Assembly: GCA_021734255.1 (NCBI GenBank)
Contig: JAIPJM010000007.1
Location: forward strand, 12,089 to 76,088
Source of the DNA: Fidelibacterota bacterium
Lineage (GTDB): Bacteria; Fidelibacterota; UBA8477; JABMPR01
Length of the DNA stretch: 64,000 nt
Direction of reading: 5' to 3'
Shown here: positions 20,109-29,200 of the stretch, piece by piece
How positions within the stretch are numbered: position 1 is the first letter of the stretch
Layout of the letters: the number at the start of each line of letters is the position of its first letter
Made by a program: the position numbers and the translations under genes
Notes under the pieces: generated by a model
The model's database searches: none
Told to the model about the DNA's origin: nothing
What the model saw: only the letters and a program-made list of their open reading frames with translations

Positions 20109-20663
20109 CTAGTTCCCTCCCTTTTTCAAGGTGACCACCGTATTGAGGAATCTTCCCTCCATATTCGGTGTGTATTCCATATGTACTTCCTCACCTGTCA
20201 TTTCACGTAAACGTGTCATGATCTTCTCCATGAGGACAGGACCACGATCCTTATAGGCCATTTCACGGCCTCTGAACATGATCGTAATTTTTACTCTATC
20301 GCCATCACTCAGAAATTCCTCCACTTTGGAAAGTTTGGTCATCAGGTCATGATCCTCAATATTCGGCCTAAACCTGACTTCCTTATTCTGAATGACTTTT
20401 TGCTTCTTTTTAGCTTCTTTGGCTTTTTTCGTCTTTTCGTATTTGAACTTGCTATAATCCATCAGTCTACAGACCGGTGGTTTCGCATTGGGAGCAACCT
20501 CTACAAGGTCGAGTTCCGCATCTTCAGCTCGTTCCAGGGCGTCTGCGACTGAAACAATGCCAGCCTGCTCCCCTTCCTCATCGACCAGGCGTACTTCAGG
20601 TTCATCGATCTCTTCGTTAATGCGTAATTCTTCTTCCTTGGTATATACTTTATACTTTTTGAT
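20109..20663 (-). CDS. infC: translation initiation factor IF-3, with a non-AUG (ATC) start
   Basis: The track ORF (20109-20462) begins inside the conserved core. The in-frame upstream translation reads [70 protein letters not shown], which is the IF3 N-domain. There is no in-frame ATG, GTG or TTG upstream. ATC at 20663-20661 gives IKK..., comparable to the E. coli AUU start (IKG...). Confidence 0.88.
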   Translation of the reverse strand: MKKYKVYTKEEELRINEEIDEPEVRLVDEEGEQAGIVSVADALERAEDAELDLVEVAPNAKPPVCRLMDYSKFKYEKTKKAKEAKKKQKVIQNKEVRFRPNIEDHDLMTKLSKVEEFLSDGDRVKITIMFRGREMAYKDRGPVLMEKIMTRLREMTGEEVHMEYTPNMEGRFLNTVVTLKKGGN

Positions 20664-22584
20664 CTGCTCTCTCCCTTGTTTCGTTCAAAATTCGTTCACC
20701 GATGTCAGATAAATCCTGACTTCCCAGGTCTCCTGACCCGTGGCGGCGAACACTCACTTTCTTTTCATCGACCTCTCGATCGCCTAGAATAAACATATAT
20801 GGTATCTTTTCCAACTCAGCCTGGCGAATTTTTTGACCAATTTTGTCATTTCTCCAATTCGCTTCGACTCGGACACCTAATGCTTTTAACTCTTTTACAA
20901 CTGCCTGAGCATAATCCTCATGGCGGTCAGCTATGGGTATCACTTTCACCTGCACGGGTGCTAACCAGACTGGCATACGAGCTGCGTAATGCTCGATCAG
21001 GATGCCCATAAATCTTTCCAGACTCCCCACAATGGCTCTGTGTATCATGACAGGTTGATGGTCCTGGCCATCCTCGCCAGTATAGACCAATCCAAATCGC
21101 TCCGGCATGGAGAAATCCAACTGAACAGTACCACACTGCCAGCTTCTATTGAGCGAATCCTTGATATGGAAATCGATCTTCGGTCCATAAAAAGCACCAT
21201 CTCCAGGATTGAGCTGATAGTCGATGCCTCTGGCCTTGAGCACACTTTCAAGCGCGGACTCTGACTTGTCCCATACTTCCTGGCTGCCAATTGATTTCTC
21301 CGGACGTGTGCTCAATTCTACATGAACATTCTCAAAACCAAAAACTGAATAGACCTCGTAGACCTGATCCAAGATATCATCCACTTCTGCCTGGATCTGA
21401 TTTTCAGTACAGAATACATGCGCATCATCTTGAATGAAGGTTCGCACGCGGAATAGCCCATGGGTTACACCGCTTTTTTCGTGACGATGGACCCGGCCAA
21501 ACTCACTCATCTTAATGGGTAGGTCCCGATAGGAACGAGGTTCATCACCATAGACCAGGGTATGCCCGGGGCAGTTCATTGGTTTCACTGCGAAATCCCG
21601 GTCATCGATCTTGGTAAAATACATATTTTCACGATAATTGTCGTAATGACCTGACTGCTTCCACATGTCGGCACTCATAATGAGAGGTGTGTTGACCTCT
21701 TCGTAATTATGGGCAGTATTCGATTCACGAACAAAATTCATAATGCTATTGTAAATAGCTGTTCCCTTGGCATGAAAGAATGCGTTTGCAGGCGCATCAT
21801 TGTGAAAACTGAACCAGCCAAGTTCCTTGCCCAATCTTCTGTGATCACGCTTTTTCGCTTCTTCCAGCAGATGCAAATACTTTTTCAACGCTTTCTTATC
21901 AGGGAAAGCTGTACCATAGATCCGGGACAGCATGCGATTTTTCTCATCCCCACGCCAGTAAGCACCTGCTACACTCAACAGTTTAAAGGCACCGGCTCGT
22001 TTTGTCGATGGGATGTGGGGTCCGCGACAGAGATCAATGAATTCACCCTGTTCATAGGCTGAGATGACCTCATCCTCTGGGAGTTCAGAAATGATCTCGA
22101 CTTTGTAGTCCTCGTTCATTTCGTCAAAGCGTTTGATCGCCTCATCGCGGGATAGTTCCATTCGCTCAACGGGCAGATCTTCTTCCACTATCTTCTGCAT
22201 CTCTGCTTCGATCTCGGCCAGCTGCTCGTCTGTAAATGGTTTTTCAATATCGAAATCGTAATAGAAACCATTCTCTATTGAGGGACCGATGGTCACCTTC
22301 ACATCTGGATATAGCCGCTTAACAGCTTGAGCCATGATGTGGGAAGTACTGTGCAGTAAAATATCATGTGCTTCTGCATCCGTCCTTTTGATAAAGACGA
22401 TATCAGCATCATCAGTCAACTCGGCTTTCAGGTCAACGACTGTATCGTTCACCTTTGCCGCGATCAATTGTTTTTCAAATTGGGGACTTATTTTCTGCGC
22501 AATTTCGAACGCACGAATGCCTGATGGCATTTCTTCGATTTTACCATCTGGGTATGTGATCTGTATATTCCCATTTGCGTTCAT
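20650..22584 (-). CDS. thrS: threonine--tRNA ligase
   Basis: 644 aa from MNANGNIQITYPDGK (TGS domain), with class II core motifs (HRRLGKELGWFSF, FRVRTFIQDDAHVF). The longer track ORF (to 22641) would overlap tRNA-Val, so I use the ATG at 22584. Confidence 0.96.
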   Translation of the reverse strand: MNANGNIQITYPDGKIEEMPSGIRAFEIAQKISPQFEKQLIAAKVNDTVVDLKAELTDDADIVFIKRTDAEAHDILLHSTSHIMAQAVKRLYPDVKVTIGPSIENGFYYDFDIEKPFTDEQLAEIEAEMQKIVEEDLPVERMELSRDEAIKRFDEMNEDYKVEIISELPEDEVISAYEQGEFIDLCRGPHIPSTKRAGAFKLLSVAGAYWRGDEKNRMLSRIYGTAFPDKKALKKYLHLLEEAKKRDHRRLGKELGWFSFHNDAPANAFFHAKGTAIYNSIMNFVRESNTAHNYEEVNTPLIMSADMWKQSGHYDNYRENMYFTKIDDRDFAVKPMNCPGHTLVYGDEPRSYRDLPIKMSEFGRVHRHEKSGVTHGLFRVRTFIQDDAHVFCTENQIQAEVDDILDQVYEVYSVFGFENVHVELSTRPEKSIGSQEVWDKSESALESVLKARGIDYQLNPGDGAFYGPKIDFHIKDSLNRSWQCGTVQLDFSMPERFGLVYTGEDGQDHQPVMIHRAIVGSLERFMGILIEHYAARMPVWLAPVQVKVIPIADRHEDYAQAVVKELKALGVRVEANWRNDKIGQKIRQAELEKIPYMFILGDREVDEKKVSVRRHGSGDLGSQDLSDIGERILNETRERADQKV

Positions 22585-22595
22585 TCTCTTCTCTG

Positions 22596-22669
22596 TGGGC
22601 GATACTGGACTCGAACCAGTGACCCCTTGCATGTCAAGCAAGTACTCTAACCACCTGAGCTAACCGCCC
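22596..22669 (-). tRNA. tRNA-Val (anticodon GAC)
   Basis: Hand-folded cloverleaf, 74 nt: GGGCGGT TA GCTC AGGTGGTTA GAGT A CTTGC TTGACAT GCAAG GGGTC ACTGG TTCGAGT CCAGT ATCGCCC A. CCA is not encoded. Confidence 0.9.
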
Positions 22670-23079
22670 TTCTTTTAAAAATCAAGCCTTTCTACCGATC
22701 AAAACAAGGTGTTCCTCACCTTATTCACACCCGTAGATGCAAAAAAGCGTGCGAAAGTAACAGCCCACCTATGGATGAGCAAGTAGATTTAGTAGCTTTT
22801 CCCCAATAAAAATCAGGGGTTAAGCTCAAATTATTTATTCGTCTATGAGCGGGTTGAAAAGTCTTAAACGTGGTGAAATTACTCTCTCATTTTCTCAGCG
22901 AGGTTCATGCTCAAGCTAAGCATCCCCCTTCATCATCGCCACCATGGATATCTTACCAGTGACGTCTGATAAAATGAGTCCATGGAACAGTAAGATCAGC
23001 GAACTGAGCTGAGGTCGCTAGTGATAGCTATGCCAGCAGTTTCAGAGAAGCCATTCAAGACAATCCCAGTCATTAATTG

Positions 23080-23107
23080 TTGACCTCCGGGAATCATAAC
23101 CTAGATT
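23080..23107 (+). promoter_or_regulatory. candidate promoter for the small Cys-rich gene
   Basis: TTGACC (23080-23085), a 16-nt spacer, then TAGATT (23102-23107), about 40 nt upstream of the ATG at 23149. Confidence 0.3.
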
Positions 23108-23148
23108 AATACTGCAATTTGAAACCTAGAGAAAATCGGAGTATAAAC

Positions 23149-23340
23149 ATGGCAACATACGAATGTAGTGTATGCGGAATGACAGTAAATGCAAGCTGTG
23201 GTAAATGTGATGCACCGCTGGTGAATGACACATTAACGACAGATGACGGTAGAGAAGTACAGATCTCAAAGTGCCCGAATGGCCATGGCAAGATCAAATC
23301 GCCCCTCTGCTGCGGTCAGGACATGACCTGCACCGTCTAG
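23149..23340 (+). CDS. small cysteine-rich (putative metal-binding / zinc-ribbon-like) protein
   Basis: 63 aa: MATYECSVCGMTVNASCGKCDAPLVNDTLTTDDGREVQISKCPNGHGKIKSPLCCGQDMTCTV. It has 8 Cys, including two C-x-x-C pairs, a C-P-x-G-H and a CC pair. GGAG lies 7 nt before the ATG and a strong terminator follows. Confidence 0.7.
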   Translation: MATYECSVCGMTVNASCGKCDAPLVNDTLTTDDGREVQISKCPNGHGKIKSPLCCGQDMTCTV

Positions 23341-23363
23341 TCATTTCTAAACGCATGAATTGA

Positions 23364-23397
23364 AAGGTATACTTCCCTGGAGGTGTACCTTTTTTTA
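23364..23397 (+). terminator. intrinsic terminator
   Basis: AAGGTATAC-N10-GTGTACCTT forms a 9-bp stem with one G:U pair and runs into a T7 tract. Confidence 0.75.
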
Positions 23398-23473
23398 TTC
23401 TTGGCGACTTACATTCAAGCAATGAATTCTCCCCTCCCAGCCGTTTTTCATATTCCTGAGGACGATTAATCAG

Positions 23474-23908
23474 ATGCTTTGGGGATTGAAGACTGTGGCC
23501 ATCTTTGATGTATGGTCGCTGGAACATCTCTTATCTGGAATTTCCATTGGCGCCCTGGCCTACCAACTGAACAGGCGTGTATTCAAAGGCCAAATGGGCA
23601 TTGAAGAGCAAGACGTAAACACCGGGTATTTTGATATCATCATGGTCCTGTTCCTGGCTTATGCCTGGGAAGTCCTGGAACATTATCTGGAGATCGGATT
23701 GTTTGGTTCGAAAGTGGAATATTGGTTCCAGGGGGTTGAATACTGGGCCAATCGAATGATCAGTGACCCCCTCATGACTGTGATCGGGTATTATATAGCT
23801 AGAGCGTATGCGTATCTGGTGAACCCGGCTCGCATCGTCAGCTTGCTTTGGTTATTTGTCCACTTCTTCCTGTTTCCCCACAGTATGTATCTGCATGAGT
23901 TGCTCTAG
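23474..23908 (+). CDS. hypothetical integral membrane protein
   Basis: 144 aa with about 4 hydrophobic helices. It has conserved-looking WSLEHLLSG and AWEVLEHYLE motifs, but I do not recognise a family with confidence. Its stop overlaps the stop of the convergent gene by 4 nt. Confidence 0.6.
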   Translation: MLWGLKTVAIFDVWSLEHLLSGISIGALAYQLNRRVFKGQMGIEEQDVNTGYFDIIMVLFLAYAWEVLEHYLEIGLFGSKVEYWFQGVEYWANRMISDPLMTVIGYYIARAYAYLVNPARIVSLLWLFVHFFLFPHSMYLHELL

Positions 23909-24951
23909 TTTTGAATATGATCACGGGGTGAATTCAATTCATCCACTGGAGCATCTGCTACCAGATCCAGACTAAGCCCGGCCTTAACCAGATACCATGC
24001 CCCAATGGGTGTGTAGATAAGATAATTCATCAGGTGAAGTACAACTGCGAGCGCCCGTGCCGCATCATTTTCAATGCCAAACAGGGCAAGTGCCGCGATA
24101 ACGGCATAGTGGTAGGTACCGACGTAGCCCGGGGCTGCTGGTACTGATAGAGAAAATGTAGTAAAGATCATCAGTATCATCGCTACTTCCAGAAGATTGC
24201 CAGCCGACAGGCCGAATCCAAAGGCCAGGACGGCCAGGTATGTGATCGAGAAATACAGAGCCCATAGCACGATCGTCTGCCAGAGCACATGGATGGGCTT
24301 TGGCATTCTCCAGATCGTCTCCAAACCATGGAACAGCGCTAAGGCATGTTCGCCCCGTTTTGGATGCCCGGTTTCCTTCATTTTCCCAGCCCAATTTTCG
24401 ATCATCCCAAAATATTTATCGTGGTTGCGATTCATCCAGAATCCAAAGAACAAAGCCAGTACAATAGCTGCCAGAGCCAGTTGAGCAAGCAGACGCGCTG
24501 TTTCAAAGGATGGATAGATGGCCCCGTAGATCCCTGCCAGCAGTAGAAAAGAAAAGATATCCAGCCCACGTTCAACAACAACCGAGGCACCGACGCCACT
24601 GATCTTGATCCCATGTCGTTTCGATACGACCATGGCTCGCAGGACTTCGCCCAATTTGAAAGGTAAGACATTATTTCCCATGTACCCCATCATCACAGCC
24701 TCGAATATCTGCTTGCGTTTCACAACCTTCTGAGGCAGCAAGAGTATGCGCCACCGAACTGCGCGAAATATATTACTTGTGATCAATAGAATGGCACCGA
24801 GCAGCAGGTACCCGTATTTGATCGATTGGATGGCTAGCCAGAAGGGCTCCCATTCAAGATCTTTAAATGAAAACCATATCAGCACAAGGCTGACGGCTAT
24901 GGAAATGATGAATTTAAGTGGATGTTCCTTGACCAGCTGAAAAATGCTCAT
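23905..24951 (-). CDS. flippase-like / lysylphosphatidylglycerol-synthase TM-region family membrane protein (UPF0104)
   Basis: 348 aa with about 8 TM helices. The N-terminus (FKDLEWEPFWLAIQSIKYGYLLLGAILLITSNIFRAVRWRILL) is typical of the TIGR00374/LPG_synthase_TM family, recalled from memory. Confidence 0.7.
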   Translation of the reverse strand: MSIFQLVKEHPLKFIISIAVSLVLIWFSFKDLEWEPFWLAIQSIKYGYLLLGAILLITSNIFRAVRWRILLLPQKVVKRKQIFEAVMMGYMGNNVLPFKLGEVLRAMVVSKRHGIKISGVGASVVVERGLDIFSFLLLAGIYGAIYPSFETARLLAQLALAAIVLALFFGFWMNRNHDKYFGMIENWAGKMKETGHPKRGEHALALFHGLETIWRMPKPIHVLWQTIVLWALYFSITYLAVLAFGFGLSAGNLLEVAMILMIFTTFSLSVPAAPGYVGTYHYAVIAALALFGIENDAARALAVVLHLMNYLIYTPIGAWYLVKAGLSLDLVADAPVDELNSPRDHIQN

Positions 24952-24952
24952 G

Positions 24953-25582
24953 TCATTTCCTTAGATCGGCGATCTGATAGTGCAAGTATTCTGTATCCAC
25001 ATCAGGCATGTTAAAGTTCGAGAAATTGGGTAAGTGTTGAAAACTGATCTTATATAGATTGCCATCATAGTCAAAGAGATGAATACCTTTCATGGTATCA
25101 TTCCCGTCCAGAATGACGGTAAGACGGTCCCAGTCCGAAAAATCACTGGCAAAACGAAATCGCAGTTCTCGCAGCCCGTCCTGACGCATCTTTTCATCCT
25201 TAAAGCGGGCATCATTCAAATCCCCGCCAACAAACAATTGTTTGAGTAGTGCATCAGGGGATGCGTCCTCGTAGATGATCTGACTCCGGGAGTGATTTAG
25301 TGTCATCATCTCCGTCTCGCTGACAAAAATCTCTAATCCGAAGGCAGCCAGATCAAGATGGAAGTTTCTGCCTTCCTTGATATCCATCTGAAATATAATA
25401 GAATCATTTTTGGAGGAGAATCTCCAATCAATTACCTGGGATACTTGAAGACTTGTCGCCTCAAGATTCATGAAGTCATCGATGACCTGTTCTAATTCTT
25501 TTGGTGGATCGGCAGCAGTCAGTGATGTTATTGATAACAGCCAGGCGATCCCAGGAAGGATGAGACTCCTGAGCTTAATCAT
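24953..25582 (-). CDS. LolA-like periplasmic lipoprotein-carrier family protein
   Basis: 209 aa from MIKLRSLILPGIAWLLSITSLTA (signal peptide). It occupies the conserved position directly after ftsK, and its ATG overlaps the ftsK stop region by 8 nt. Sequence similarity to LolA is judged by eye only. Confidence 0.6.
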   Translation of the reverse strand: MIKLRSLILPGIAWLLSITSLTAADPPKELEQVIDDFMNLEATSLQVSQVIDWRFSSKNDSIIFQMDIKEGRNFHLDLAAFGLEIFVSETEMMTLNHSRSQIIYEDASPDALLKQLFVGGDLNDARFKDEKMRQDGLRELRFRFASDFSDWDRLTVILDGNDTMKGIHLFDYDGNLYKISFQHLPNFSNFNMPDVDTEYLHYQIADLRK

Positions 25583-27908
25583 CAAGCAGGTCTTCATCAA
25601 ACGAGGGATTTTCCAGTACTTCAGGGCCAATGAGGACATCGCGGGCTTTGCTCCCCGTATTTGGACCCACAACGCCAGCCAATTCCAGCTCATCGATGAG
25701 CCGGCCAGCTCTGGCATATCCTACGCGTAAGCGACGCTGGATCATACTGACAGACCCTTGCTGATGCAGCACGACCAGTCGATACGCTTCATCAAATAAG
25801 GGATCTCTCTCTCCACTATCACTACCGGATATGGTCGGGTCTTGCTCATCAACGATACCAGGCAGCAACTCTTCCTCAGGCTTAGGCTGGGCGACAACGT
25901 GGTCCAATACCGATTCAATCTCTTCCAGGGTGACAAAGGCATTGTGCAGGCGGACAGGTGCAGGTGCACCCGGTGCCAGGAACAACATATCCCCTCGCCC
26001 AAGCAGTTTCTCAGCACCATTCTGGTCTAAAATGGTCCGGGAATCATTCTTCTGGGCAACCTTAAAAGCAATCCTGGTGGGAAAATTCGCTTTGATCACA
26101 CCCGTGATCACATCTACGGAAGGCCTCTGTGTGGCAATTACCAGGTGAATACCCACTGCTCGCGCCATTTGGGCCAGGCGGGCAATGGGTTCCTCGATCT
26201 CCTTCCCAGCTGTGATCATGAGGTCTGCCAATTCATCAACCAGAACAACGATATATGGGAGTGGATGATATCCGTCCTTGCCAGTGGCTCGTTCATTGTA
26301 CTGGTCAATATTTCGGACCGTTTTCTTGGAAAGGAGATTGTAGCGTTTTTCCATTTCAAGCTCAGCAGATCTCAAGGCATGAATGGCATTTTTCGGTGTT
26401 GTGATGACATATTCATCAATGGACTCGCTGGTGATCAGGTGATAGCCCTGTAGACGCTTGTAGGTGGACAATTCGAGCTTCTTGGGGTCGATCATGATAA
26501 ACTTCACCTGTTCGGGTGTTGCCCGGTACAGCAGTGAAGCAATGATTGTATTAATACAGACTGATTTTCCTGAGCCCGTAGCGCCAGCTACCAGCAAGTG
26601 TGGCATTTTAGCCAGGTCAGCTACGAAGATCTCACCAGCTGTGGTTTTTCCGAGGGCAATGGTTAGTGGCGAACCTGCACTGGCAAATTTGGGGGAATTG
26701 ATCCCGCTCTTGAAAAACACGATCTCAGGTTCATCATTAGGTAATTCGATACCCACTGAGTTTTTACCTGGAATGGGTGCAATGATACGAACACTCTGCG
26801 CCTCCATGACCCGGGCAATATCATCACTTAGATTGGCAATTTTTGCTACTCTGATTCCAGGACCGGGTTCAACCTCATATCGGGTGATAACCGGCCCAGG
26901 GGCTATATTGGTAACACGCCCCTCTACCCCAAAAGTCTCCAGGGTCTGTATCAGTAATTCAGCTTTCCTGAGCAGGGCATCTTTCGATTGCTCGACAGCT
27001 ATGGGTGGCGGTTCCGTCAATAGATCAACTGAGGGTAATTTGTATTCTCGCTTCGGTTGCTTCTTCTGAGTCTCATCATAGTCAACGGAATCTTCGATCA
27101 CCGCATCTGCTATCTCGATCTCGTTCGGTTTAAGGGTGGTCTGCTCAGCTTTACCAAGATTTCTGGGGAGCTGCTCTTCCTGCTGAATGGGCGGTGGTTC
27201 AGGTTTGGGTGTTGGCTTTTCTTCGGGTGCTCTGACCGCAGTTCTGGGTGGTGAGGATACCTCATCTTCACGCTGGATAGGTGCTTGAGCTCTCTTTTTA
27301 AGGTCTTTCGCTTTTGCCCGTTCCTGCGTTCTAACCTTGAGTTTATTTTTAATTACTGAAAGCTGGTCTTCGATCCAATCATTGATGGTCCTGAATGAAA
27401 ATCCGCGCCAGGCCTGAATAGTCACTACCAGGAGCGCGATCAGGACCAGAAAAGTACCGATATAGCCTAGAAAGTCAGTAAAGAGTCTAGCAAGGTTCAC
27501 AACGATATAACCAGCGTGCCTGAACACCTCTGGTTCTGCCATCCCAGCCAATTCTGCGATCAGACTAAACAGCGTGATCAGGAGAAAGGTGAGCACGAGA
27601 CTATATCCACTGAAACGAAATACTGGTTGAAATTCCTTTTCAGAAAAGAGTGTATATCCCCAGAGAATCATAAGCAATCCAATGACCAGGGAACCCCAGC
27701 CAATGAACATCTTGAAGAGCAGGTAGGAGATGTAAATACCTGCATAACCCATCCAATTATGGAAGTGCACTCCTGGCATGATCCTGAGGCCCTCTGAGGG
27801 GTTGTGACTTACCAGGCTTAACAGGGTGAATACCCCTAAAACCATGATCAGGATGCCACTGATCTCTCTGCTTTTTTCTTCCAGATCTACGCTCTTTTTT
27901 CTTGCCAT
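25575..27908 (-). CDS. ftsK: DNA translocase FtsK/SpoIIIE
   Basis: 777 aa with N-terminal TM helices, a P/E/Q-rich linker, a Walker A motif (GATGSGKSVCIN) and a C-terminal gamma winged helix (SVSMIQRRLRVGYARAGRLIDELE). Confidence 0.96.
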   Translation of the reverse strand: MARKKSVDLEEKSREISGILIMVLGVFTLLSLVSHNPSEGLRIMPGVHFHNWMGYAGIYISYLLFKMFIGWGSLVIGLLMILWGYTLFSEKEFQPVFRFSGYSLVLTFLLITLFSLIAELAGMAEPEVFRHAGYIVVNLARLFTDFLGYIGTFLVLIALLVVTIQAWRGFSFRTINDWIEDQLSVIKNKLKVRTQERAKAKDLKKRAQAPIQREDEVSSPPRTAVRAPEEKPTPKPEPPPIQQEEQLPRNLGKAEQTTLKPNEIEIADAVIEDSVDYDETQKKQPKREYKLPSVDLLTEPPPIAVEQSKDALLRKAELLIQTLETFGVEGRVTNIAPGPVITRYEVEPGPGIRVAKIANLSDDIARVMEAQSVRIIAPIPGKNSVGIELPNDEPEIVFFKSGINSPKFASAGSPLTIALGKTTAGEIFVADLAKMPHLLVAGATGSGKSVCINTIIASLLYRATPEQVKFIMIDPKKLELSTYKRLQGYHLITSESIDEYVITTPKNAIHALRSAELEMEKRYNLLSKKTVRNIDQYNERATGKDGYHPLPYIVVLVDELADLMITAGKEIEEPIARLAQMARAVGIHLVIATQRPSVDVITGVIKANFPTRIAFKVAQKNDSRTILDQNGAEKLLGRGDMLFLAPGAPAPVRLHNAFVTLEEIESVLDHVVAQPKPEEELLPGIVDEQDPTISGSDSGERDPLFDEAYRLVVLHQQGSVSMIQRRLRVGYARAGRLIDELELAGVVGPNTGSKARDVLIGPEVLENPSFDEDLLDD

Positions 27909-27915
27909 ATCAATG

Positions 27916-29001
27916 TCATTTCTTTGTATTCACAAAAGGTGGTTTGATGATCTCAATATTCAAGCGCTTCCCGCGAATATCGAGCTGCAGCTCCGTACCG
28001 ATCTTCTGATACGGTTTATTGATATATGCCAGGCCGATCCCCTGTTTCAACGTCGGGCTATGACCCCCACTGGTTACCACCCCAACTTTTTGATCAGCAT
28101 TAAATATCTCGTATTTATTACGTGGCAATCCACGTTCCTTCATCTTAAAAGCGACGAGAAACCGATCGATACCTGCCTCCTTTTGAGCCAGCAGTGCATC
28201 TTTGCCACAAAAATCATTATGATCCAGGTCTACGGCCCACCCAATTCTGGCTTCCAGGGGCGAGGTCGTTTCATCTATGTCGTTACCGTACAGACAATAT
28301 TTCATCTCTAAGCGTAAGGTATCCCGGGCACCCAATCCCACGGGGCCGATGCCAAATTCCTCACCTGCTTTCATAATGGCCTGCCACAGTTGCACTGCAT
28401 CTTTCGGATCATGGTAAAGTTCGTAGCCCAGTTCCCCCGTGTAGCCTGTTCGTGAAACGATCATGGCCATACCATCCACATCGGCAATACCGAAATGGTA
28501 AAAATCAAGACTGTCTAAATTGGCTGCGGTCAGCTTGTTGAGGGTATCCTTTGATCTGGGACCCTGGAGGGCAAGCAGAGATATCTCATCCGAAGCGTTA
28601 TTCAGTGTGACGTCAAAATCCTTGGCCAATCTGGAAAGGTGTTCCCAGTCCTTGACAATATTGGATGCATTAACTACGAGAAGAAAACGATCAGCGAATT
28701 TATAGACTAGCAGATCATCGACGATCCCACCGTCTTCCAGACACATGCATGAATACTGAACTTGCCCCTTACTGAGCGAGGCAACATTGTTTACAGTGGC
28801 GTAATCCACGAAGGTTTCTGCCTCGGGTCCTGCCACCCAGAATTCACCCATATGCGAAACATCGAATAGACCCGCCGCTGAACGAACGCGCTCATGTTCA
28901 GCCATGATCCCTTCATATTGGATCGGCATTTCAAAGCCAGCAAAGGGGACCATTTTTGCATTCAATGAGGTATGAATCGCATGCAGTGCAGTTTTCTTCA
29001 T
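27916..29001 (-). CDS. gcvT: glycine cleavage system aminomethyltransferase (T protein)
   Basis: 361 aa; [37 protein letters not shown]. Confidence 0.95.
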   Translation of the reverse strand: MKKTALHAIHTSLNAKMVPFAGFEMPIQYEGIMAEHERVRSAAGLFDVSHMGEFWVAGPEAETFVDYATVNNVASLSKGQVQYSCMCLEDGGIVDDLLVYKFADRFLLVVNASNIVKDWEHLSRLAKDFDVTLNNASDEISLLALQGPRSKDTLNKLTAANLDSLDFYHFGIADVDGMAMIVSRTGYTGELGYELYHDPKDAVQLWQAIMKAGEEFGIGPVGLGARDTLRLEMKYCLYGNDIDETTSPLEARIGWAVDLDHNDFCGKDALLAQKEAGIDRFLVAFKMKERGLPRNKYEIFNADQKVGVVTSGGHSPTLKQGIGLAYINKPYQKIGTELQLDIRGKRLNIEIIKPPFVNTKK

Positions 29002-29200
29002 TCGATGAAATCCTTTAACAAATTATCCAGCTTTCAATCTAATGGGGATAGTGAACAGTCAAAATTGATTTTCCGCCCATCACCCCTCCCTGGAGCTCCT
29101 GTCTTGCGGTAGTCGAAGGTGAAAATGTTAATCCCTTAATTGAATCAATGTCAAGGGCCTTGCAACGGTTTATATTACGAAAATTTATTCAGGAGGTTCC

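Noticed and set aside
22585-22641. N-terminal extension of the thrS ORF (MLDMQGVTGSSPVSPTEKR...).
   Set aside because: The extension is the reverse reading of tRNA-Val(GAC). ThrRS homology (TGS domain) begins at MNANGNIQITYPDGK.
23106-23297. 63-aa minus-strand ORF antisense to the Cys-rich gene.
   Set aside because: The plus-strand frame has an SD, a promoter, a terminator and a coherent Cys-ligand pattern. The antisense frame has none of these.
25583-25717. N-terminal extension of the LolA-like ORF overlapping the ftsK C-terminus.
   Set aside because: It overlaps the conserved FtsK gamma domain. The internal ATG at 25582 gives a proper signal peptide and an 8-nt overlap typical of coupling.
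26464-27069. Long plus-strand ORFs antisense to minus-strand genes (26464-27069, 201 aa). The same applies to 56473-57048 (191 aa), 14190-14807 (205 aa), 7297-7839 (180 aa), 2011-2526 (171 aa), 48178-48744 (188 aa) and many shorter ones.
   Set aside because: Each lies entirely inside a confidently identified gene on the other strand (ftsK, SLC13 permease, rny, nusA, ribF, relA/spoT). Their translations are low-complexity S/R/P/L-rich shadow frames with no recognisable motifs.
29002-29200. Glycine riboswitch upstream of gcvT.
   Set aside because: The gcvT-strand leader lacks the GGAGAG...CACCGAAGGGGCAA...CTCAGGCAAAAGGAC consensus. A loose resemblance (CTGGAGC...GTCGAAGGTGAAA) exists only on the opposite strand, where it would precede the phosphoesterase gene, and it lacks the P1 and 3' elements.
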